A stretch of DNA of 43,266 bases from Dicyema japonicum (taxonomy: Eukaryota; Animalia; Dicyemida). How positions within the stretch are numbered: the stretch's first letter is position 1; each line of letters starts with the position of its first letter. The stretch lies in the NCBI GenBank assembly GCA_011109175.1, contig RDEW01000019.1:1081845-1125110 (forward strand). Direction: 5' to 3'. This document shows positions 25,690 through 36,029 of the stretch, one piece after another. The position numbers were made by a program, and so were the translations under genes. The notes beneath the pieces are model-generated. The model ran no database searches and was not told the DNA's origin. It saw nothing but the letters and a program-made list of their open reading frames with translations.

Positions 25690-26075
25690 GGTTTGTCCTG
25701 ATTTTTACTTGTAACAATTTCAAAATTCGAGGAGGGGAAGCTACTGGTGTCAGACGTCGACTCCCGTTATTCTTCAAACATCATCCGTCACAGAAAAAAA
25801 TCAAGTCTGAAGGCAAGAAATACAAAAAGATCCTGGACCAGTTCAAATTCCGCGCAATAGGTGTCGAGACAACTGGAGGTATAAACAAATGTCACCGTCT
25901 TTTCTCAAGAAACTGGAACATTTGCCCACACTCAGAAGCCATGACGTCTACGAACATAATGGATCCTCCAGTTGATCACTATTACTATCGTGAGAAGAAA
26001 GCCCGCCATTTATGGGCCTTCAAACTAGTATTAAGTCAAGCCACTTAAAGATTCAATCAAGCAACCATTGACAAG
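25690..26075 (+). mobile_element. RLE-endonuclease (CRE/Hero-like non-LTR) C-terminal relic
   Basis: Broken frames give CPDF, EGKLLVSDV, KKYKKILDQFKFRAIGVETTGG, SFLKKLEHL and FKLVLSQAT*RFNQATI. Confidence 0.6.
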
Positions 26076-26124
26076 CATTTTTTTACCCAAAAAATTAAAA
26101 TTAAGATATATAATCAGATATTTA

Positions 26125-27793
26125 CTAAATCTTGGTAATAGACAAGGAATTGTCAGATCCCCGACCCTTCGGTTTCTCCTTACTCTGCCTTAATCTATTC
26201 AGCCGTTGGTTTACAGTCATCGTCGCCTTCAATAAGACCCAAGAACAAAAACCTTCAGTTTCTTATCATTAATATGATCACCGGGGAGATTTGATGCAGG
26301 TCTATTAATATAGTCCTTCGTTGATAGCGTGGGCGGTTTAGCACGTGCAAAGACCTGTTCCGTAGGTTTGCTAACGAGTTTACGAGACTGATTTGTCAGT
26401 CGGACTTTCAGCGGACCTAAAAAGATTATTCAATTCAGAACCTTCTCCTCTTAGCACGTGCGTGGATCATATCCTGATATCTTCGTTCTTCCCTGTCCAT
26501 TGAGTTGTAATCAGTCGAAAGATTGAACAGAGGACGGGACCAAGAATCTGTGATGGCGAAAACAAGCAAACCCATGATTTTCTTACACAAAATTCTGTTT
26601 TCCTTCGTTTCCTTGCTACTCCTGTACAAATACATGATCGATTTTCCGATCCGACTAATCTTAAGTATCTCCACGTCTGGGACAGGAAACTGAAGATTAA
26701 AAACATTCCTCAACATTCTCGAGAATTGGAATCAGCTGATTGCGTATTTGTAGAGTCGGAAGTGACCCATCAGGCAAAGGAGTGAGCCATTCCTACAAAA
26801 TGAAATCACGTAGTTACAGCGAGTGAACTAAGAAAGCCTCCTTCTATGAAGGCTGTTTGGAGGTGTTTTCTTAAATAAACAAAAATCTGTCACTTTTGTA
26901 GCTGAGACACGAGGTAAGGCAGCATTTGTAGCTTGCTTATGCCTGGCCTTCGATCCTTATTGGCTTCCCGATCGGCCTAAAAAATAGATAAGAAAAATGA
27001 TCGAAATAAAAAATCTCAAGTTATTTATTAATTAAATTAAATAAATAAAAATAATTAAATAAAAATAAATAAAAATTTTAAAAATAATAACAAATTCTAC
27101 TCACTGAGAGGCATTTATCATGTCATTTACAATTACGCTTATGTAGTCGTCATTGTCGTTTATTATATCCTCATTCGTTTTCCTTTTTCTCCTCGGAGTC
27201 TTCTGCTTTTTGAAAATTTTCATCATGGCATCAAAGTCCGTCATTTCGTCATCTCTATGAATGAACATAATGCTATACAATTCCCTGTGGGGTTCCCTTT
27301 CCGTTTTATCGGTTATTTTATTCTCTTCGACTTGATTGAATCCCTTTATTGTTAAATCGCGGCGAAAAAACCTCAAATTCGTCAGCGTCATCCTCCCCAA
27401 AGATCTCGTCTATCAATTCGTCACTAAAACATGGGTTGAGAATAATACCGATCGTATTCGATTTCGGGAGAAGCATTGCTCTCCTCAAACTCGGGGTTCT
27501 CGTTGTCACTGACGTCTGAAATTAGCATGTGACAAACCAGAAGGAAGAAAGCTCCCAACGTTGAAAAATTTCTCGTCGTCTGAGCTTTCGAGTCTAAAAT
27601 AGTTAAAATTAGCCGATTATTTGATGATAATAAGGGTATTATGCGCAAGTATGGGGGTAATACCCGAAAGGAAATGATTCAACTTGATCGTCCTGATGAG
27701 GATTGGTGGGCTTTTCATCGTCGTCAGCTAAAATGAGTTAAACTTGTTACATTTAGCTTTGAAGTTTTCTTGAAAATAACTATCAGAATCCAT
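26125..27793 (-). CDS. IWS1: IWS1/Spn1 transcription elongation factor (TFIIS-N-like domain), multi-exon
   Basis: PDVEILKISRIGKSIMYLYRSSKETKENR..CKKIMDSWSRPLFNLSTDY..M.REER and ARAKPPTLSTKDYINRP match IWS1. Introns at 27728-27750, ~26977-27104, 26548-26571, 26417-26441 and 26227-26252. 1-nt indels near 27104 and 26385. Confidence 0.92.
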
Positions 27794-27864
27794 CACAACG
27801 AACAAAACAGTATTTATTTAAATTTATTTACTAATTAAAAAATATAAATATAATTTAATAAACC

Positions 27865-28010
27865 TGTTTTGCCACTGAGAAGGCCGAGAAGATAAAACGG
27901 GAAAAGTACGCGGTCCTATCCAAGGATTTTTTGTTTGTTCCACTCGCCGTTGAGACGTCTTGTTCCCTTGCGCCTGCTACTCTGGAATTCTTGAGTCGTC
28001 TAGTTTATTT
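27865..28010 (+). mobile_element. RLE-endonuclease non-LTR relic
   Basis: AEKIKREKYAVLSKDFLFVPLAVETSCSLAPATLEFLSRL matches AE..K..KY..L...F.FVPLAVET.G.......FL..L. Confidence 0.75.
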
Positions 28011-28529
28011 TTGTCTCGAAATGCTACAGAATTTTCATTTTTGTCTCCTCATATAAAAAAAATTAATTTATACTCTTAGGCACATACAGTCGTTTATAAA
28101 GAGACGGAATGCTTTTTAAATGGCGCCCCTATTCTTCGGCAACCACCAGGAAGTTTAACAAAAGCGTCTGCTAGATATCGGAACCGAAGATACCAGCATC
28201 TGGTCAGTCTCCTCAATAAGAAAACTAAAAGATATATCAACTTGAGCTGGAGAATGAAGACGGGACAGGATGGCTTTCCTGAGATTATTTCTAAAAACTT
28301 TCCACATCTTCAATTTTCAGAGGAAAAAATAAATTTTAAGTAAGAACATTGTTGACCATACCGTCGACTCTTCGTATGATAAGGATCATGAGTTTATAGA
28401 TCGCCACTTTACACACGGAAGCTACGGTACGAAATTTCAGAGCCGATTCCTCTATATTTATGTAGAATGTGGAAGCTCGGTTCGTCTATGTCTTTTTTTA
28501 CCCCAAGATCACCGGATTAGAAAAAGTTA

Positions 28530-28650
28530 TCTACTAACTAAGTGATCTCGGTTTTCCGGGTTCTGGCTCTCGTTCGGGGTCTTCGAAGATCCAACAGAAT
28601 TGAAAAAAACGGGGACGGTCTCATTCTCCATAGATTCCCCGCATTTTTTA
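28530..28650 (-). mobile_element. LINE C-terminal stub
   Basis: RPRTRARTRKTEIT* followed by TTAGTAG; parallels RPRRTRTLPCRSGIT* at 22418. Confidence 0.5.
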
Positions 28651-28744
28651 GATACAGTTGTTTTTTGTTTAATGAATTTTTATTTAATAAATCTTAATTT
28701 GATTAAAAAATTAAATTAATAATTAACTATATAATTTTTTAAAT

Positions 28745-29710
28745 GTACACGTGCCGTAAAGTTAACCTGGGAAGATTTTCTGAATGTCTTCAATAAATAT
28801 GATTCCAGTGACGTATACAACTGTGATGAAACTGGACTGTTTTTCAAATGTCCTCCAAAAAATACATTAATATTAAATGAACAAGACATAGCAAGTGGGA
28901 AGTTTTCAAAGGAGCGTATAACAGTGCTCTTATGTTGTAGTATGTCTGGTAAAAAAGGAAAAACCGTGAATTATTGGAAAATTCAAAAATTAATGAAAGA
29001 AGTCGATAATAGAAAAATTTTGTTACTTCTAGACAATGCTAATGTTCATTGCATAGATGAAATCTTCACAAACATTGAATTGTTTTTTACCGCCAAATAC
29101 AACATCGAAATTACAACCTTTGGATCAGGGGATTATAAATTTTTTTAAATCAAAATATAAAAAAGCTTGAGAAGAAATTTAAGCATGATCGAAACAATTC
29201 TGAAAATACACATGAGGAGAGATTAAATGAATTAAAAAAATCAATTCTTTACCTTTGATTATTGAATCGTGGGAATATGTTTCGTCAGATACAAAAAATT
29301 GTTTTGAAAAGGCGTTTAAAAATTGAAAATTACAGAGGAAGAAAAAACCGAGAAAGAAAATGAAACAAATTCGAATGCATCGAATAAAACCGATGCATTC
29401 TTCATCTTAGATAACTTCATCCCCAAAAAATGATTTCAATGACTTTTTACAAACGATGAAAGTTTGTTTAATGATGAAGAATTCTTGGAAAAAATCCAAG
29501 AGTCAAGTTTTGAAAGCTGTGAAAAAGATGGAGATAACAAAGAAACTCGAAAAAATAAAGGAAATTGGTTATGCAGACGCGATAAATCATATTGAAAAAC
29601 AAAAAATACTTTTTTAAAATACAGAAATAGTGGATTGTCAATTCTCGGAATGATGCGTAGTAATTTATTAGAAATTAAAAAGAGAAAATCGTTAATAACT
29701 GATTATTATT
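28745..29710 (+). mobile_element. pogo/Tigger (DDE_1) transposase relic, internally deleted
   Basis: VYNCDETGLFFK.PP.NTL...GKFSKERITVLLC, KILLLLDNA..H, PPNTTSKLQPLDQGII and terminal KSLITDY. No TIRs identified. Confidence 0.88.
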
Positions 29711-29769
29711 ATTTATTTAAGCACTTCACAAGAGCCATACTAATTATAGCCCCGCATGTGCAGCAAAAG

Positions 29770-30635
29770 AAACAAGGTTAGATGTCATCTTTTTCCATGC
29801 TCTCTGTTCCTAGCCAAGGCTCTCATGCTGTCCAGGTCGTCGGCATTTGTTAGGTTTTTTTTTATACTGACCAGGTCTTTTTGTAAGACTATTGGCAGTG
29901 TTGTTCTTGGTCTTCCCGATAGCGGCCTTCTTGACTAACATAGTATGTTTCCATAGATATGTTCGGTGGGGAAGTTAATTCCATCCTCAGCACGTGTCCG
30001 AAGAGCCTCCATCGGGATTCCAGTACTTCTAAGCTGATAGGTCTAGTGCTGCATCTCTTATATAAAGCATTCCTAGATATTCTCGTAGGCCAAGTAGTTC
30101 CTGTTATTTTTCTCAGCTGACCTCTGTGGAACGAGTCTAGTTTTTTCATATCCGCTGATGAGGTCGCCCAAGTTCCAGCGTTATATAAAAGTACGGGTTT
30201 TATGAATGAGTCGTATAGTAGGATTCTCATTTTTGTGTCGATACCTTTTTGATTAAACTATAGATTCTTCAGTTTAATTAACGCAGCATTGGCTAGAGTT
30301 TTCCTAAGTAAAATATCTTCGCTATCTCCCAAAAGTGAACCGAGTTTCTTTACTTGTCGCCACTTCTCTTCTATGACGTTACTCATCCTTCTCATCTCTG
30401 TGAGTTCTGTTTTTTCTCTGTTCACAGTAAGAAACCATTTCTTTAGTACATCTGGTGCTTTTCTAATAGGTTTTCCAGGACCTCTTTGTCTTCAGAAATT
30501 AGGTCTACATCGTCCGCGTAGATTACTTCTTCCGTCTTTCCTTGGTATAACGGTCTAAGTTCCTCATAGCGGCTTCCAAATAAATTGTGAATAGTAGAGG
30601 AGAAAGAGAGTCTCCTTGTGGAGTGCCCGTATAAC
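29770..30635 (-). mobile_element. 5'-truncated RTE-like RT fragment
   Basis: GTPQGDSLSPLLFTIYLEAAM, IYADDVDL, KKLGSLLGD, IKPVLLYNAGTW and RWRLFGHVLRM; same family as 10294-12700. Confidence 0.9.
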
Positions 30636-31074
30636 TGATTTTATAATTAATAAATAATCTTGAATTTTTTTAAAAATTTTATTAAATATATTTTAACAAT
30701 TTAACAAATTTATTCATTATTTATTTTAATGAACGCATTAAAAAATGATGAAAAGTCGCGTTCATTAAACAGAAAAATAACTGTAGTCAGATATAGAGTG
30801 AAAGCGGACAGCCGGTTTTCATTGCCCACTGTAGAAATGACTTCACTCTCCACCTTCGTTCGTCTATGTCTTGAAAAAGTAAAATAGGCTTGCATAGAAT
30901 TTCTCTTGTACAAGAACAAAAATGAACTTCCGAACAGCTGTGTATATGTTACGAGGTTTCTAAATGCTCTTCTATAGTTTCCACTATATTTCTGTATTCA
31001 CGACGCTCCTTTTTGAGACATAAATTAAATTAAAATTTAAGACAAAATAATGAAAAGGTTCTTTTGCAATACAT

Positions 31075-31134
31075 GCTGATAGGTCTAGTGCTGCATCTCT
31101 TATATAAAGCATTTCTCGATATTCTCGTAGGCCA
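31075..31134 (-). repeat. 60-bp patch copied from the RTE fragment at 30033-30092, flanked by a 17-bp direct repeat (31061-31077 / 31230-31246)
   Basis: Near-identical 60-mer; cttttgcaatacatgct appears on both sides of the 31078-31229 interval. Confidence 0.85.
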
Positions 31135-31265
31135 CGAGGGGACTTTGTGCATTATTTTTGCAAAAGTACCAAAAGTAATTTGCAAAATTCTAAAAATATT
31201 GTTATTCATAATTTAAAATTTCATTGGTACTTTTGCAATACATGCTTCACGAAATAAGGCTCTAA

Positions 31266-31425
31266 CTAAAAAATTTTAATTTAATTTAACACCCAAGACC
31301 ACGGTAAAACTAAAACTAACTATCACGTGATCCCGATGCGTTCCGCCAAAATCCTCATTCTTTCCCGGTGCTCCTCCCTCGTATTCACACAAGCTCGTAC
31401 TGGGCAGCTGACTGACTGTGACTGT
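31266..31425 (-). mobile_element. LINE 3' stub flanked by a 17-bp direct repeat (candidate TSD)
   Basis: REEHREK-MRILAERIGIT** plus ttagttttagtttt tail; acgaaataaggctctaa at 31249-31265 and 31426-31442. Confidence 0.75.
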
Positions 31426-31544
31426 ACGAAATAAGGCTCTAAATGAATTAATGAAATTTTTTTTAAATATTAGATCTTAAAATTAAAAAAATGAACAATG
31501 CTGAATTTGTAAATGTTATTATAATTTTTTTTAAATAAAATTTT

Positions 31545-31780
31545 GAATTTTTACCGGCTTGTGGGGATGTGTGATACAGTTGTTATGCGAAAATGTTCAA
31601 AACTGAAGGACTACGAACTACCACATTCTGAAATGGAGTCAGTTGCCTTCCTTCAGGAGGTTGGAATCTTTCCGAAAGAAAAGAAATGCCTTAAAAGATA
31701 TTTGATGACCCTTCTCCATGTATTGCAAAAGAACCTTACTTTTTTTAATTTTGACGTTTTTTCTAATAGGTGATGTATAT
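31545..31780 (+). mobile_element. Probable Merlin/IS1595-type transposase N-terminal relic (copy at ~42385-42610)
   Basis: ESVAFLQEVGIFPKEKKCLKR(H/Y)LMTL resembles the FLQE.G..P....C...H.M.L N-terminal motif of these transposases. Confidence 0.5.
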
Positions 31781-31789
31781 GGCTACTCT

Positions 31790-32460
31790 ACTATGAACTC
31801 ATGGTTCCTCAAAAACCACATGAAAATATCCCCTGGGAAGTCGAGCACTGCGATTATCTCCTCCTAAAGGAAACATACATCCTTCGATCCTAAATTAACT
31901 TGTAATGGAGAGCTCATCCCAGTTAATAAGAACCCATCAATCCTTGGAGTTACATATGACCCGTTGATGACGTTCACACATCATGTGGACACAATAATTT
32001 CAAGAGTTCAAAAAAAGATGGGGATCCTCAAGACCTTTGCTAGATCTCCAACATCTTCATTTTCTCATCTCAAATAATTATACAAACAGTATATTCTACC
32101 GACAATGGAACATGCATGTACGGCGTGGATTACCCCCTGTCAATATCCACACAGAACAAGTTAGAGGTCATACAAAACCAATGCCTCCGGATCCTTCTTA
32201 AATGTGACAGAATGACGCCTACGTCAGAAATGAGGAACAGGCTAGATCTTAAAAAAGTTATGGAACATCTCGGTGACGAACAACAAAAATTTTTGAAAAT
32301 GGTGCAATCTTCTGGTAGCTCCCTTGAAGATGAGTTTCTTGCCTACCAGAAGGATGCTCGCAAATTTGAAATTAAACCTTCCCCTTTTGAACGATCATAA
32401 AAGATTGCAGACAAAGTCGAAACAAAAGAGGACGGACTGACACCGGGATCACTTAATTAG
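31790..32460 (+). mobile_element. 5'-truncated LINE 3' fragment (copy at ~42630-43266)
   Basis: KSSTAII, NPSILGVTYDPLMTFTHHV, LYKQYILPTMEHA, NKLEVIQNQCLR; ends DTGIT* (TAA 32454-32456) plus ttag. Confidence 0.88.
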
Positions 32461-32619
32461 ACGATAACTTTTTCCTCTTTCCTGTGTCCAGGGGATTATA
32501 ATAATAATATGGCTACCCTATGATTTTCTTATAGTGGTTGAGTGGTCTCTAATAATATCTATGTCTTATCGTACTCCCAGTCTGTCTATTCTACTTCCTC
32601 TACAATAACAACTTTCGAC

Positions 32620-32718
32620 GTCAGGAGACTGCGGAAGACCTCGATGAACAGCGGAGACGTGAGGTAGAAAAATACATAGAGAAAACTGGTAGAACTGATA
32701 GTGAAAAGCAAGGCATAA
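32620..32718 (+). mobile_element. RTE-like 3'-end stub
   Basis: ETAEDLDEQRRR / RKLVELIVKSKA* parallels the RTE C-termini at ~10300 and ~12950. Confidence 0.45.
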
Positions 32719-35241
32719 ACAGAACCCTAAGTATTCATATACTTATGGGTAACGCGGGAGTGCAGTTAACTAATTAATTAACTAACTATGATCTTGTTAA
32801 TTTGCCACGTGGTGTCATGTGGCTACATGATTGAAGATTTCCATTTCTTCTTTCTGATGACGTCATAGCATACCTTAATTATGAGACCCTTAATGCCTAG
32901 CCGACATTCAAAATGATCCATTTCTTCGGTTCATCGGGAGACGATTTTATTCTCTGGCGACGAGTTCTGGCATCGGCCTCAGCTTCCGGACAATTTCCTC
33001 TGGTTCACTATGCTTGGATGAGGTTCTACTAAATAGCGTCAGGATCACGGGATTAGATAGTTTTGATTTACCCTTGGTTAGTTTCTCTCTAAGACAAAAA
33101 GCTCTCATCCAGGTTCCTTCAATATGGTGGGAGAGGTTTTGAACAAACTCCTTCTTTATTTTAGAGAGTTTAGTTTATAATGTCTTCTTAGTCCATTAAG
33201 AAGGGATCGAGAGGCTAGAGCCACTTTGAGCAAATGAGAGCTATACCATTGTGTGGAAAAGTTGCGTCACCAGTTCAAGAGTTAACCACCAGGCTAACTG
33301 GTCAAGGATTAACAATCAAAATCCAAAAATAACAATTAAAATATGAGACTCACTCCTCCGTCAATTTAAAAAAATCAGAGTTGTATAGTCATAGCGATCG
33401 TTAATAGGACGAATAGATCTTTTTCTAGCAAACCGTTCGATTCTTTTCTATATAAACTAGAAATTATGCTTAAATTAGTAGAAAATTAGCATAAAGTCAA
33501 GATAATTCAAAACTTTCTACAATTTACGATTATATATAGCGAGACTAGACTCGTTTCACAGGATCATCTAAGAAACATAACTGGAATGTCCTAGCCATCC
33601 TAGATCTCGCGGAAAGGACTGTACAATAACTGTGACTGTGTACCATTAAGTCTCGAGATCTCTCGTTGGAGACTTTTTGGACACGTCCTGAAGTTGGGCC
33701 CGATATCCCCCCCCCCCGAATATCGCAATGGAAGATTACTACTCCTCCTCTAATGTAAAACGCTTTCGTGGAAGACCGAGAACAACCCTCCTGGTTACAA
33801 AACGAACTGAAAGCTGTGAAGAAAACATTGGCATCTGGTGATGATCTGGACTCACTGAGGGACCTAGCTAAAATCAGAAGAGCTTGAAGCAAGCTAACTA
33901 GTTCTCTTATATTTTTTTCTGCACACGTGGAGCTATAAATATTATGGCTCTCGTGAAAGTGCTAATAATAAATAGCGAGAATCATAAAATCATGACAACT
34001 TGTAGTTACTACAACGTCCTCAAGACTGAACATGGTCCGTTTTTTCAATGGGCAAGGTACTTTATTTCACTCATTGAAATGGACATCCACCTTGTTGTTG
34101 GGGAATATAAGTTATCACAAAAAACGATTTTTCACCACTCGGGAGCAATTGAGTTTTATGTGACAGGAATGGAGTTTGGCGCTAAGAGCTGCAGAAAGGA
34201 TTGATCGATGTTCTCAATTTGATGTTTTCAAAGGACCCGAGCATAAAATGGAGATTAGAACATCATGAAATCCACGTTGACCAACATACCATCTTAGGGC
34301 AGTCGACCGATTAACCAACCGGCCTCTCCCGTTAATTAAGAGGACATTTAAGGATTAATGACTAATATCACTTCTTCCATCTGAAGGCAGACGATCTTTC
34401 GCATGTTCGTCAAGGTTTTTGGACCGACGAAATTTGAAACTACAACGTTGATGTATCCGGAGCTGAAAGAATTTGTGCATTCAATGGCTCAAAGTTCTCA
34501 CTTGTTCCAAGGGTATTGATTAAGGGGGGGAGGGGTGAAAAATATGTCATTTGTGAGACAATAAGTTTTGACGTGGTCAAGGATCATTCTGACGTTAACT
34601 TTTCTATGATAAAGCTGGGACTTTGCTATTCAAGAACACTGACCAAACTATCTTAAGAAACTGGATACTCAAAACTCTCCCGTGTTCCCAAAAACAGATA
34701 GACAAATATATCTGAGACTTAAAATACAAAATTGAAGAAAAAGTCATTGACATAATCTCCAATATTCTCATAAATTGCAACCGCTTCCATGTTCTTTACA
34801 AAAATAATATAGTCCTTATCCTCTTGTGGCTTATAGATTGACTCAATTTTTTATTTAATCTCAAGAATTCAGACAAAGATAAAGTTAGGAAACTCCGACG
34901 TTCCGACAATTTATTTAAGAAACTCTATTATCACCGAGAAACTACAGAAAAACCTCTCGAATCCGCGAAAATTGGGACCTGGTAAATTACGGCGGACTCG
35001 AGGGGCAAATTTGAATTTTTTATAATTAATAAAAATGCATTTTTTTTAATTTTAAAAACTAATTAAAAATGAAAACATTAATTTCCTTAAAAATAATCTG
35101 TATTCTAGTTTTAATGGCTCCGGCTTCATCGGTCTGTGTGGCCAAGAAACAAGTCGTTTCTTCCATTCAAGGCTAGAGGCCTCAAATACACGAAATTTGG
35201 GAAAAAACCCACCCCTCTTCAAACTCTAATGAAAGATGATA

Positions 35242-35327
35242 TTCAGGAAAGCCGTGGGTACTCTGGAGAAACATAGGAAAAACCTTTCGATCCTGTTGAG
35301 GCGTACCTGGATCACTTAATTAGTTGG
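35242..35327 (+). mobile_element. LINE C-terminal stub
   Basis: FRKAVGTLEKHRKNLSILLRRTWIT* followed by ttagttgg. Confidence 0.65.
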
Positions 35328-35830
35328 TTTACTCCTTCTTTCTTGTGTTCCCCTTCGGGGTTATTAAATAAATAAAAAAATATTCTTGTTTTGATGTTTC
35401 TACTAAAACATCATCGAGGACATTGAAGACATTTAAGTTAACTTCATTCTTCTGTTTAGAGTACTTCCTCAATGTATAGACAGTTTATTCTTTTGTTCTC
35501 CATCATTAATGCATTTCTTTGTCTTCATCATTTTTATCCAAATTTTTTAGTATCTCTTTATTCTCTATACTCATAGAGAAGAAATTCATCTTCTGGAATT
35601 GGATATTTATTTGCAGTCTAGACACGAATTCTTGATAAGTTTCAGGCTAAAACTCGTCATTAATTTCTTCAATAAAATCTTGGGTCCATTTAGCACGTCA
35701 AAAATAGTTTATTATTTTTGTACTATTTCCATGCTTGATAGGTATAAATTATAGCATCCTTAAGGCTTATTCTTTACATGCCTCGTTTATGATTTTCCGA
35801 GTTCAATTTTTTCAGTTTTTTTAATTAAAA

Positions 35831-36001
35831 AACGGGATGACCCCTTTTCCCCTTCACGTCTGGAAGATCTTTGGTCTGGACGCAACTTGCATAGACACGT
35901 TCTCTCAAGCACCGACAACATTTTTAAATCTGTTCAACACCTGGCATCGGCAAGCATGCTTCGACCGCGGAAAACCTAAAATCAATAAATATTCTTGCCT
36001 C
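35831..36001 (+). mobile_element. RLE-endonuclease non-LTR relic abutting the duplication breakpoint
   Basis: With 1-nt shifts it reads NGMT.LFPFTSGRSLVW-DATCIDTFS...STPG....STAENLK.NKYSCL, matching PDG.TL.PW..G+.LVWDATC.DT...PG.AA..AE..K..KY. Confidence 0.75.
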
Positions 36002-36029
36002 GGGAATTTTGAGACAGATTACAATTGGT

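Noticed and set aside
33545-34900. ORFs 33545-33892 and 33944-34204, C11 run (33707-33717) and G-rich tract near 34525
   Set aside because: No protein family recognised; isolated homopolymers are uninformative.
3731-35327. ACTAA(C/T)TAAGTGATC read as a branch point plus 3' splice or trans-splice acceptor
   Set aside because: On the opposite strand it is the GIT-stop codons plus the tail of LINE stubs, which explains it more simply.
35330-35800. Charged minus-strand reading frames leaving the 35.8-kb island
   Set aside because: Interrupted by stops with no clear introns; not identifiable.
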